Shown: piece after piece, positions 24,616 to 36,494 of the stretch
Numbering within the stretch: position 1 is the stretch's first letter
Layout of the letters: every line of letters starts with the position of its first letter
Assembly (NCBI GenBank): GCA_963762195.1
Contig: CAVXJX010000006.1
Span: 71,562-135,561 of the forward strand
From: an uncultured Solirubrobacterales bacterium
GTDB taxonomy: Bacteria; Actinomycetota; Thermoleophilia; Solirubrobacterales; JBBDJG01
Direction of reading: 5' to 3'
Length of the DNA stretch: 64,000 bases
Made by a program: the position numbers and the translations under genes
The notes under the pieces: generated by a model
The model's database searches: none
Told to the model about the DNA's origin: nothing
Seen by the model: only the letters and a program-made list of their open reading frames with translations

Positions 24616-25959
24616 TCAGCAGCCAGAGTCGGGTGCCGCCGTGGTCGGCTCGCTCGCACACTCCTTGAATGTCTCCTGTGTGTAGATCGGGGTAGAGCTT
24701 CCGCTCGCGAGGCTCTTCACGCTCGGGTCATATGTGATCTTGGCGTTGTTCCCAAAGGTGATCGACTTCGCGATCATGGAGCCGGTCACGTACACGTTGT
24801 TGACCAGAGATGCCACGGAGTTGGGCGCATAGACGAAGAGAGTCGTGCCGGCGCCGCTGCTGCCGTTGTTCCCGATCGTGACCGTGGTGTTGATGCTGGT
24901 GCTGCCCAACAGGTAGAGCTGAAGGGTCGCGGGGCTGGTGTTCAGGTTCTGGATCAGGCCGTTGTTGATCACCGACACCGACCCCATTCCCGACCCGCCT
25001 CCACAGCTCTCCGGAGAATCGATGTAGATCTTCAAGGGAGTGGTCCTCACCGCGATGCGCAGAGTTGCGTTGTTGGCGACCGTCAGGCTGCAGAAGCTGT
25101 ATAGGTCCCCGGTCAGCGTGAGCGTTGCGTTGTTGGCCACCTGCAGCACGCGCGTTGCGGCGTTCCAGCCGATGTTGGCGCAGCCCGAGCACGTGTCCCT
25201 GGGCGTGCCGGTGCCGCTCTTCGCGCCGGTGATACGGGCATTGTCGTTCACGGTCGCGGCGCTGCCCTGATCGACCGGCGGGAAGTTGAAGGGAACGGCT
25301 GCCGGGCTCGTCGAGGATGGAGTACACAGGCTCCCGTTGTCGGTGATGCTCACGACTTTCTCCGGGCCGGGAGTGGCGTCGCCGCATACCCTCCCGTTGT
25401 TGGAGACGGCGATGTCGCCATTGGAGGCCACAGATCCCGTGACCAGGGCGTTGTTGGTGACCGAAAAGGAGTTCTTGCTCACGAGCGCGTAGTCGAGGGG
25501 AAACGAGGCCGGCGCCGCCGCCGCCCTCATGACCATCACGGTTCTGCGGGTCACGCCGTTCGACGTGCCGGTAGCGACGACCTTGCGCTCCAGCAGACTT
25601 TGCCCGCCGGCGCCGGACACGGCGGTCGCGGTCGAGACCCGCACCGTATGGCTGGCCCCGTCGCCGAGAGTCTCGGTCTGAGGGGAGCACCACCCGTCCA
25701 CAAGGACGGCGGCCAGGCCGAGCGCGCCTGTCGTTGCGTCCTTGACCACGCACTGCAGACCACCCGGCTGGAGTAGGTTCGTCCGGTACGCCGCCGTATT
25801 CAGGCCGGAGAGCGCGGCCTGGATCGCGCGCTTGACGTTCGTGTCGCGGTGCGCCTGGTGCTGCGTGCCGACGGCCCCGCGGGCGACAACTGAGGAAAGG
25901 CCGGCGACCGAAGCGAGGACGGCGAGGGCAATGGGCAGCGCGACGGCACGCTCGTCCAA
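24616..25959 (-). CDS. PilX-like / minor-pilin-like secreted protein with a Cys-rich, Asn-rich repetitive C-terminal domain (start uncertain)
   Basis: The N-terminus ...DERAVALPIALAVLASVAGLSSVV..GAVGTQHQAHRDTNVKRAIQAALSGLNTA resembles PilX N-terminal regions. NNATLTLTG / NNATLRIA / NNGL repeats suggest a beta-solenoid. It is the last gene of a pilin-like operon. Confidence 0.6.
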   Translation of the reverse strand: MDERAVALPIALAVLASVAGLSSVVARGAVGTQHQAHRDTNVKRAIQAALSGLNTAAYRTNLLQPGGLQCVVKDATTGALGLAAVLVDGWCSPQTETLGDGASHTVRVSTATAVSGAGGQSLLERKVVATGTSNGVTRRTVMVMRAAAAPASFPLDYALVSKNSFSVTNNALVTGSVASNGDIAVSNNGRVCGDATPGPEKVVSITDNGSLCTPSSTSPAAVPFNFPPVDQGSAATVNDNARITGAKSGTGTPRDTCSGCANIGWNAATRVLQVANNATLTLTGDLYSFCSLTVANNATLRIAVRTTPLKIYIDSPESCGGGSGMGSVSVINNGLIQNLNTSPATLQLYLLGSTSINTTVTIGNNGSSGAGTTLFVYAPNSVASLVNNVYVTGSMIAKSITFGNNAKITYDPSVKSLASGSSTPIYTQETFKECASEPTTAAPDSGC

Positions 25960-25990
25960 CAGGTGTCTGAGGTGGGCTTTCAGCGTGGAG

Positions 25991-27307
25991 CTACAGCGGG
26001 GTGGGGGTGGCCAGCTCGAGGAACGAGGGATAGAGAGGGTGGTCGTAGACGAAGCTGAGATCGTTTTCCGACGCGCCCTTCACGCCAAGGACGAGTAGCA
26101 GTCGATGGCCTGGCGCGACGCTCGCGGGTGCGCCCAGGTTGACGGTGAAGCTGATCCGCCGGATGGTCGTCGGCCAGGTGTCGAGGGTGTAGGTGAAGGA
26201 GCCGAGGCTGACGTCAACGGGTCGTCCGCCAACGACGGCGCGGTCCACGAGGGTCACGCAGATGATCCCGGCACCGGGGGCGCCGCCGACCGTGGACGTG
26301 TGCAGGGACAAGGTCACCTGGCCCGCGAGCGTGAACGCGCTGGCAAGGCTGTTCGTGGCCCACGTATGGATGGTCCACTGGTTTGTGGCGTTCAGGTTGG
26401 TGGCGTCGGCGGCGTCATAGGTCGCCGGGCAGCTCGTGCCATGACCTTTCATCGCAAGGCCCTCGTAGGCTCCCGAGAGGTCGTTCGACTGCTGGAAGAG
26501 CGGTGTCGCAGGGTCGTCGTCCGGAGGCTCGACGCCCATCAGGTCCGGCTGGAGGTCGCTCGCCGGGTTCTCGCAGAAGGATGTGCTGCCTGCGACCGCA
26601 CTGGTCTGGGCCGTGTTGTGGGTCGCATGGCTCGCCGTGATGGCCTGCCGGGTGCTGTTGCCACAGCGCGTGTCGTACAGATAGAAGTCCTGGGCGCTGA
26701 TGGTCGAACCGGGCGGCCCGGGGGCGATCGCTCCCGGGGGCAGGGCCTGAGGGTCCGGTATCACCTTCGAGACCCAGACCGGCGGGCCCGCGGGCACCGC
26801 GCCGTTCGCTTGGACCGTGACGGCGACGGTTAGCCGCTTGGTGTTCTGCGTTCCGTCGCAGACACTGATCGGGCAGGGCTCGTCGCGCCAGGTGATGAAC
26901 CGATGGACGCTGCCACTGATCGCCGAGTCGCCGCTGCCGACGGTGAAGGGCTCTGCGGCCGGGCTGACGGATGCGCCCGCCTGTCCCGGGTCCGAAGGCA
27001 ACACGAAGCTTTCTGTGAGGCCGGGCTTTATCGCCAGCGTTATGCCGCTCACGCGATTTCCGGGGTTCAGCGGATCGGTCGACGAGGCGGGTGCCGACGT
27101 GAGCCCGAGCTGGTTGTAGGGCGTCGTACCCAGCTGGTCGATCGTCGCCTGCGCCTTCTGGGTCGCCACCTGATCGCGTTGGGCGGCCTGTGCAGTGCGG
27201 CCCGATGAGCCGAACACCCGCAGGGTTGCGCCAACGCCAACCGACATCAGGGTCATCGCAGCCAAGATCTCGACGAGCGTGAAGCCGGCCTCGGCGCGCA
27301 GCCGCAC
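25991..27307 (-). CDS. Prepilin-type N-terminal cleavage/methylation domain protein (PilV-like N-terminal region plus a ~240-aa extra domain), GTG start
   Basis: MRLRAEAG|FTLVEILAAMTLMSVGVGA is a class III signal peptide motif (G-FTLVE). The start GTG overlaps the upstream stop (TAGTG). Confidence 0.7.
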   Translation of the reverse strand: MRLRAEAGFTLVEILAAMTLMSVGVGATLRVFGSSGRTAQAAQRDQVATQKAQATIDQLGTTPYNQLGLTSAPASSTDPLNPGNRVSGITLAIKPGLTESFVLPSDPGQAGASVSPAAEPFTVGSGDSAISGSVHRFITWRDEPCPISVCDGTQNTKRLTVAVTVQANGAVPAGPPVWVSKVIPDPQALPPGAIAPGPPGSTISAQDFYLYDTRCGNSTRQAITASHATHNTAQTSAVAGSTSFCENPASDLQPDLMGVEPPDDDPATPLFQQSNDLSGAYEGLAMKGHGTSCPATYDAADATNLNATNQWTIHTWATNSLASAFTLAGQVTLSLHTSTVGGAPGAGIICVTLVDRAVVGGRPVDVSLGSFTYTLDTWPTTIRRISFTVNLGAPASVAPGHRLLLVLGVKGASENDLSFVYDHPLYPSFLELATPTPL

Positions 27308-27832
27308 TACTGGGCCTCCAGGTTGCGGAGCTCGAACCCGCCGTCCAGGACGACCGGGTTCGCGGCGCCCTTCACCGAGACCTCGACCTTCATCGAGACG
27401 AAGGTCGGGTTGACGCTGTCGGGCGAGAAGAAGAAGACATCGGCGTTCTGCAGGCCCCAGATGACGGTCTCCGGACCGGTGTCGAGTGCTCCTCCGGCAG
27501 GCCCTTCCCAGCGCTTGCAGGAGCCCGCGGTGCACTCGTAGCGAACCCGTCGCGGGGCTGATGTGTCCCCGCCCGTAGGCCGCACATAGGTGGTGGCGTC
27601 GAGGATCTGGGAGGACACCGGGGTGAAGGCGGTCGCCTGCCGCATCTCGCGCGTCACGCGCTCAATGGCGTTCTGGCTTCGCTGCATCGTGGACGTGCGG
27701 GCATACGCCTGGCCCTGGCTCCTGACGCCGACGTTGGAAAGGAGGTAGATGCCCGCCAGGACGATCGCGAGCATCGGGAGGACGATCAACAGTTCGACCA
27801 GGGTGACACCGCGGTCGTCGCGCAGCCGGCAT
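27307..27832 (-). CDS. Prepilin-type N-terminal domain protein (PilW-like pseudopilin); 1-nt insertion right after the ATG (~27828)
   Basis: With one C removed after ATG the N-terminus reads MRLRDDRG|VTLVELLIVLPMLAIVLAGIYLL. This parallels the leader of the next gene. Confidence 0.65.
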
Positions 27833-28022
27833 TTCAGATTCGAGAGAACGAGGGTGATTCGCGTGGGGAGTCCTTGTCCGAGGTGCGGATATCCATCCGC
27901 TGCCCAGGCCTAGAGTTGTTCGTCACTCCGCGCGATTTGTGAACTCGCAGCGCTTCTTTTCGACATATCTCCGTTGAACGAATGTCCGCGGGGGACGCCC
28001 CACTAACATTGCGCCCGTCCCC

Positions 28023-30889
<2,867 letters not shown>

Positions 30890-30937
30890 CCGAGGCCGCC
30901 CATCCCCCGTCTCAGGGCCCGCCTCAGACGCTCACCG

Positions 30938-32227
30938 CACGATCGCGAGATCCTGCGGCTGGGCCTGCCGGCGCTCGGCGCGCTGGCCGCGGAGCCGCTG
31001 TACCTCGTCGTCGACACCGCGATCGTGGGACACCTGGGCACGCCCGAGCTGGCAGCGCTGGCCCTGGCGGGGACGCTCCTCGCCGGTGCGTTCACGATCT
31101 TCAACTTCCTCACCTACGGCACGACCGCCCAGGTCGCCCGCTACCACGGGGCGGGCAGGGAGCGCGAGGCGGGCACGCTGGGCGCGCAGGCACTGTGGCT
31201 TGCGCTGGGGATCGGGGTGGGACTGCTCGTCCTGGCGCTCGCACTGGCGCGGCCGGCCGTCGAGCTGATGGGTGGAGAGGGAAGGACCGGCGACCTCGCC
31301 GTCACGTACCTGCGCATCGCCGCCGCCGGGCTGCCGTTTGCCCTGATCGCATTGGCAGGGCAGGGGTTCCTGCGCGGAGTCTCGGACCTGCGCACGCCGC
31401 TCGTGATCGTGGTCGTCGCAAACGTGGTGAACGTGGTGCTCGAGGTGCTGTTCGTCTACGGCTTCGACTGGGGGCTGACCGGGTCGGCCTGGGGAACGGT
31501 GATCGCGCAGGCGGGGATGGGCCTCGCGTTCGCGTATCACCTGCTGGCGTGGCCGTCCGCGATGCGCCGCCCGAGCAGGCGGCTGATCCAGCCGTTGGTC
31601 AGGATCGGCCGGCACATCTTCGTGCGCACGGCATCGCTCTACGCGTCGTTCCTGGTGGCGACCGCCGTGGCAGCGCGCATCGGCGATGCATCGCTCGGTG
31701 CGCATCTGATCGCCTTTCAGCTGTTCGTCTTGATCGCGCTGATCCTCGATGCGATCGCAATCGCGGGCCAGGTGATCGTCGGCCGCTCGCTGGGAGGCGG
31801 CGACACGGACACGGCCCGCGAGGCGGGGCGGCGCATGATCGGCTGGTCGGTCGCAGCCGGCGCCGGCTTCGCGCTGGTGCTGGCTGCTCTGGTTGGTGTC
31901 CTGCCCGGCGCCTTCACCAACGATGCGGCCGTGATCGAGCGCACCGAGGCGATCTGGCCCCTGTTCGTGCTGATGCAGCCCGTCGCAGGGGCCGTGTTCG
32001 CCCTCGACGGCATCCTGATCGGCGCGGGGGACACCCGTTACCTGATGTGGACCATGGCGTTTGCCGCGCTGGCGGTGTACGCACCGATTGCCCTCGCGGC
32101 GCTTGCTTTCGACTGGGGCCTCGTGGGCGTGTGGTGCGGCCTCTGCGCGCTGATGGTGGCGCGCCTGGTGACGCTCGGGGTGCGGTTCGCCGGCCGCGCG
32201 TGGGCCGTTACCGGCGTACCGGCTTAG
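30938..32227 (+). CDS. MATE family efflux transporter (DinF-like); true start codon unresolved
   Basis: DREILRLGLPALGALAAEPLYLVVDTAIVGHLG... is the conserved MATE N-terminus. It is in frame with the 31025 GTG, but I found no ATG/GTG/TTG in any + frame between the ligA stop and about 30960 (spot-checked by eye). Confidence 0.8.
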   Translation, partial: HDREILRLGLPALGALAAEPLYLVVDTAIVGHLGTPELAALALAGTLLAGAFTIFNFLTYGTTAQVARYHGAGREREAGTLGAQALWLALGIGVGLLVLALALARPAVELMGGEGRTGDLAVTYLRIAAAGLPFALIALAGQGFLRGVSDLRTPLVIVVVANVVNVVLEVLFVYGFDWGLTGSAWGTVIAQAGMGLAFAYHLLAWPSAMRRPSRRLIQPLVRIGRHIFVRTASLYASFLVATAVAARIGDASLGAHLIAFQLFVLIALILDAIAIAGQVIVGRSLGGGDTDTAREAGRRMIGWSVAAGAGFALVLAALVGVLPGAFTNDAAVIERTEAIWPLFVLMQPVAGAVFALDGILIGAGDTRYLMWTMAFAALAVYAPIALAALAFDWGLVGVWCGLCALMVARLVTLGVRFAGRAWAVTGVPA

Positions 32228-34035
32228 CTCGGGCCCGAATACGACGCCAGCAACGACGCGATCCGGTCCTGGGCGCGGCGCCCTGACCACACGTTGACGC
32301 CGTTCATGAGCAGCGCGAAAGTGATCGCGTCTCCGTCCGGCGCCTTGCAGTAGCCCGCCAGCGCGGTGACACCGGAGAGCGTTCCGGTCTTCGCCCGGCA
32401 ACGTCCGGAGGCGCGCGTTCCGCGCATGCGCTTGTCGAGGGTTCCCGTCTTTCCCGCGAGCGGGAGCGATCTGTAGAACGCGTCGAACCACGGGCGGCTG
32501 CGGGCGTCGAGCAGTAGCCGCCCGACGTCGCGCGGGGCCACGAGGTTGGCGCGTGACAGCCCGGACCCATCTGCGACCTTGGTGCTGAAGCCGGCCTCGC
32601 GCGCGTATGAGATCGCGACGCGAGCACCCGCAGAGGTCGAGCCTGCACCGCCCACGCGCGCTCCCAGGCCCTTGAGCAGCATCTCCGCGTAGTAGTTGTC
32701 GGACACGTGGTTGGTGTGGTTGACGATGCTGCGCAGTGACCTGGACTCGACCGCCGCGATCTTCTGAGCATCGGGAGGCGCCGGTGTCGCGCGCACTGCC
32801 TTCGGAACCGCGACGTCCTCACGCCGCAGCGACGCACGCAGGCGGTCCGCGGCGAACGCGGCCGGGTTGGTCTGCCAGCCCCTGCTGAACGGCAGGAGCG
32901 AGCCCCGGTTGAAGCCCAGCGCCGACAGCGGCCCGACGTAGGGCGAGATTCCGAAGCCGCTGGCCGGGCCGCCGCGTCGCTGGTCGAAAAAGCTCTCGTC
33001 GCCCAAGACGCGGCCGTCGACACGCTCGAGACCTGTGTCGGCGACGCGGTCCGCAAGTCTTCTGAGCGCCTTTGTGCCGAAGGTCGGATCGCCCGACCCA
33101 TGCAGGTAGAGGTCGCCTGCGAGCGTCCCGTTGTCATCCACCTCGCCGTCGGCGAGCACGGCGGTCTCGAAGCGCGCGCTAGTCCCGAGACGGTCCAGCG
33201 CGGTGGCGGTCGTGATCAGCTTCTGCACCGAGGCTGGCACCCGGCGGTGCGCCGCCTTCCACTCGAAGACCGTGCGGCCCGAGCCCTCGTCGTGCACCCA
33301 CGCGCCCGAGTATCCGCCTGCGCCGCGCATCTCACGCCCGAGTGCGGCCCGCAGCGCGGAGGGCTTCTCGATCGCCGCCGACGCCGTCGCGGCCAGCGAC
33401 GCGAGCAGGATCAGCGCCAAGCAAAGAGTGGCAACCCATCCGTGCTGCACAGCCGCCACGGCGGCCTGCGTGCGGTTGACCGCACCGGTTCGCTCCAGCA
33501 CGCTCGAGACATGCGCACGCACCGTGCGCTCGGTGATTCCCATCCGGGATGCGATCTGCGCGTTGTCGAGACCCTCGACGATCAGCTCAAGCACCTCGTG
33601 TTGCCTAGGAGTCAGTGACAGGCGGTGGGGCGCCCGGCCCGCGGCGGTGGCGTTCCTTATAGCAATGGACAACTCCGCCAGGGTGCAGTTCTTCTGGAGC
33701 AGGGCCCGCGCTCCCAGCTGTGCCGCGGCCATCGCGTCTGCAGGCTCGGCCCGCTCGGCGAGCACGATCACGCTGACGCCGCGGCCCGCGAGCGTGCGCA
33801 GGTCGGACGGGACCGGCGACTCGAGGATGACGATGTCGGCCCCGCGAGGAACCCGCGGAGGCGTGCCCTCGTGGGATTCCCAGACGCGGGCCCCGCGACT
33901 CGCGAGCAGTGCCGCGAGCGCACTCACATACAGAGCGTGGCGCCCGCGCACGAGCAGGCCAATGCCTGCCAGACGGGTGTCGGCTTCCTTGCTGATGGCG
34001 GCGAAGCGGTCGAGTGAGGCGCTGCGACGCTGCAC
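32224..34035 (-). CDS. Single ORF encoding a degenerate receiver-like domain, a LuxR/GerE HTH, one TM helix and a PBP4/DacB-type D-Ala-D-Ala carboxypeptidase (S13) domain
   Basis: HTH: LTPRQHEVLELIVEGLDNAQIASRMGITERTVRAHVSSVLERTGAVNRTQA. TM: WVATLCLALILLASLAATASA. PBP motifs SVQK (SxxK), SDN (SxN) and KTGT (KTG) are all present. The GTG start at 34035 is provisional. Confidence 0.7.
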   Translation of the reverse strand: MQRRSASLDRFAAISKEADTRLAGIGLLVRGRHALYVSALAALLASRGARVWESHEGTPPRVPRGADIVILESPVPSDLRTLAGRGVSVIVLAERAEPADAMAAAQLGARALLQKNCTLAELSIAIRNATAAGRAPHRLSLTPRQHEVLELIVEGLDNAQIASRMGITERTVRAHVSSVLERTGAVNRTQAAVAAVQHGWVATLCLALILLASLAATASAAIEKPSALRAALGREMRGAGGYSGAWVHDEGSGRTVFEWKAAHRRVPASVQKLITTATALDRLGTSARFETAVLADGEVDDNGTLAGDLYLHGSGDPTFGTKALRRLADRVADTGLERVDGRVLGDESFFDQRRGGPASGFGISPYVGPLSALGFNRGSLLPFSRGWQTNPAAFAADRLRASLRREDVAVPKAVRATPAPPDAQKIAAVESRSLRSIVNHTNHVSDNYYAEMLLKGLGARVGGAGSTSAGARVAISYAREAGFSTKVADGSGLSRANLVAPRDVGRLLLDARSRPWFDAFYRSLPLAGKTGTLDKRMRGTRASGRCRAKTGTLSGVTALAGYCKAPDGDAITFALLMNGVNVWSGRRAQDRIASLLASYSGPS

Positions 34036-34113
34036 CCGCCGTAGAAATGAGAGAGCGCCTTCTCCTGAAGACGCACCCCATCGTATTGGGGCCGACACGA
34101 TCAATGCGCCGCT

Positions 34114-34168
34114 TTCCGCGAACTGCGTAACTGCGTAACTGCGTAACTGCGTAACTGCGAAACCGCGA
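34114..34168. repeat. Octanucleotide tandem repeat (AACTGCGT)x4 with degenerate flanking units
   Basis: Read directly: ccgcg aactgcgt aactgcgt aactgcgt aactgcgt aactgcga aaccgcga. It lies between the R2lox-like stop and the LuxR-PBP4 start. Confidence 0.85.
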
Positions 34169-34172
34169 CTCG

Positions 34173-35087
34173 CTACGCGGGCACCAACCCAATGACCTTC
34201 AGCCGCCGCGTCAGCGCCTGCGCGGCGAAGTCGCGTGTGTCCTCGAGGCTTACACCGAAGAACTCGTAGTCCGGCTCGTCCTTGGCCCACGGCGGGGTCA
34301 GGACCTCGTCCGCGACCTCCAGCGCCTCGGTGAGCGTCTGCTGGATCGTTTGCTTGTAGCGCGGATCCTCGGCGACGACATCGCGCAGGAACCGGGCGCC
34401 GAAGGCGACGTGACGATGCTCGTCACGGGCCACGAAGTTGAAGCCGCGCACGAACCCGGGAAGGGTGCCCTCGCGCTCGTTGAAATCGATGATGAAGTGC
34501 TGGCCGGTGAGCGCCAGCATGCCCTCGATCACCATGTGGTAGAGCGTGATCGCCTCGACCAGCGCGCCCATGTTCGTGGGGTCCTCGGCCAGGGTGCGCA
34601 CACGTGCGCCCAGCATCTCGTCGAAGAGCACGTTGAACGCCGGGTTGAGGTGCTTCTCGGTCTCCTTCAGACGGGCCGCGAGGTTGTCGGAGTCGAGCAC
34701 TCCGACCTCGCCGTAGAAGCGGTCGAAGAACCGCACGTGACGCGCTTCGTCTGCGATCTGGGTCGCGAGGAAGACCTGCATGTCCTGCGTCGGCGCGGCG
34801 CGCATCATCGGCCCGAGCTCCTCGGTCACCTTCTGTTCGCCGATGAAGAACGCCGACAGCCCGTACATCCGCTGGAAGCGCTCCTCGTCGGGGAACCCGT
34901 TCCAGTGCTCGCGGTCCACCGAGAAGTCGAGTTCCTGCGTCTGCCACTGCTGGCGCTCCCAGAGCTCGTACAGCTGACGGGAGTCGAGCAGTTCGGTCTG
35001 CCCGCGATCGGCGGACTCCAGCAGCGCCGGGTCGGCGGTCTCCGAGAAGAAGTCGGTGAGTTCGATGCGCGAGCTGAGCGTGGTCAA
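34173..35087 (-). CDS. Ferritin-like di-metal protein of the ribonucleotide reductase R2 / R2-like ligand-binding oxidase family
   Basis: Carboxylate/His ligand pattern: FFIGEQK, IADEARHVRFF, VIEGMLA, ARDEHRHVAFG. Length 304 aa. Confidence 0.8.
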   Translation of the reverse strand: MTTLSSRIELTDFFSETADPALLESADRGQTELLDSRQLYELWERQQWQTQELDFSVDREHWNGFPDEERFQRMYGLSAFFIGEQKVTEELGPMMRAAPTQDMQVFLATQIADEARHVRFFDRFYGEVGVLDSDNLAARLKETEKHLNPAFNVLFDEMLGARVRTLAEDPTNMGALVEAITLYHMVIEGMLALTGQHFIIDFNEREGTLPGFVRGFNFVARDEHRHVAFGARFLRDVVAEDPRYKQTIQQTLTEALEVADEVLTPPWAKDEPDYEFFGVSLEDTRDFAAQALTRRLKVIGLVPA

Positions 35088-35184
35088 ATGAGTCCCTCCT
35101 GCGGGGCGCGTTGCGTCGGTGTCGACAGCCTACCGCCGACCGGATCGGAGGCAGACCTAGTGGCCGGCCACAACGCCCCTGGTA

Positions 35185-36469
35185 ATGTCCGCCTATTCCA
35201 TGGGCGACGTAGTCGAACTCGAGTCATCTGCGCCAGGCCCGAAGCGGTCGGGCATCCAGAAGGCTCAGCGGCGACGTGGCGGGCGCTCCAAAACGGCTCT
35301 CGTGCTCGGCGGGGGCGGCTTCACCGGTGGTGTCTACGAGATCGGCGCACTGCGTGCGCTCGACTTGCTGACCGTCAATCGCACGGTGAACGAGTTCGAC
35401 ATCTACGTCGGCACGAGCGCGGGATCGTTCGTCGCCGGGCTTCTGGCTGCGGGCTTGACGCCGGAGGAGATGTCGCGGGTGGTCAACCGGCAGGTACCCA
35501 CCCCGTTCCAGGATGTCGATCTGGGTGCCCTCCTGCGCCCGAACTACGCCGACTTCGCCACACGTGCGCTGCTGATGCCTCTGCGCATCGCGGGCCTCGC
35601 GCGGAGCCTCGCCGGCCGCTGGCGGGAGGTGTCGCTGATGGACGTCTTCACAGGACTCGCCGAAGCGCTGCCCTCGGGCCTCTACACGGGCGCCGGGATC
35701 GAGAAGTACATGCGCGAGGCCTTCCTCCAGAGCGACCGTACCGATGACTTCCGGCTGCTGGAGGCGGAGCTGTACCTGACCGCGACGGATCTCGACACGT
35801 GCGAGCGCATCGTGTTCGGCATGCCCGGGCTGGGACGACGTTCCGATCTCGAAGGCGGTCTCGGCATCGACGGCGCTGCCGATGGTCTACCGGCCGGTCG
35901 AGGTGCGCGGGCGCCAGCTGATCGACGGCGGGATCCGGTCCACCACCAACGTCGACGTCGCGGTGGAGCAGGGAGCGAAGTTCATCGTCGTGATCAATCC
36001 GCTCGTCCCGTACGTGAACGACTTCCAGAAGCGGATCCCGACGATCTTCGGCAGCCGCGTGCGGCGCGTCTCGGACATGGGCTACCCGCAGGTCGGGTAC
36101 CAGGCCTTCAAGCTGCTCGCCCACGCCCGGCTGCACGAGCACGTGAAGCACTGGCGTGAGCGCTACCCAGGCGTCGACATCATCCTGATCGAGCCCGACC
36201 CCAACGACGAGCTGATGTTCGGGACGAGCATCATGAACTACTCGTCGCGGCTCGAGATCGCGCGCCACGGGTTCGAGTCCGTGACACTGCGCCTGGCGCA
36301 GGACTACCGCCACTACAAGGAGATCTGCGAGAAGCACGGGATCGAGATCTCGGCCCGCCGCGTGACGAAGATCCTGCGGCAAGCCGACGAGCAGCAAGAA
36401 CGCACGACCGCCTGGCGCCGGATCTTCGAGCAAACCACCGGCGCTCTGCTTCGTCAGAGCGGCAGCTAG
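35185..36469 (+). CDS. Patatin-like phospholipase; 1-nt insertion near 35834
   Basis: LVLGGGGFTGGVYEIGALRAL (GGGxxG) and YVGTSAGSF (GxSxG) lie in frame 1. VPISKAVSASTALPMVYRPVEVRGRQLIDGGIRSTTNVD (DGG/A catalytic Asp region) lies in the next frame. Confidence 0.85.
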
Positions 36470-36494
36470 CACCGCCGGCCGCCAGAAGGGCCTC

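Noticed and set aside
34114-34168. Possibility that the octamer arrays are CRISPR or CRISPR-like.
   Set aside because: The units are 8 nt and directly tandem, with no spacers. No cas genes are in the window.
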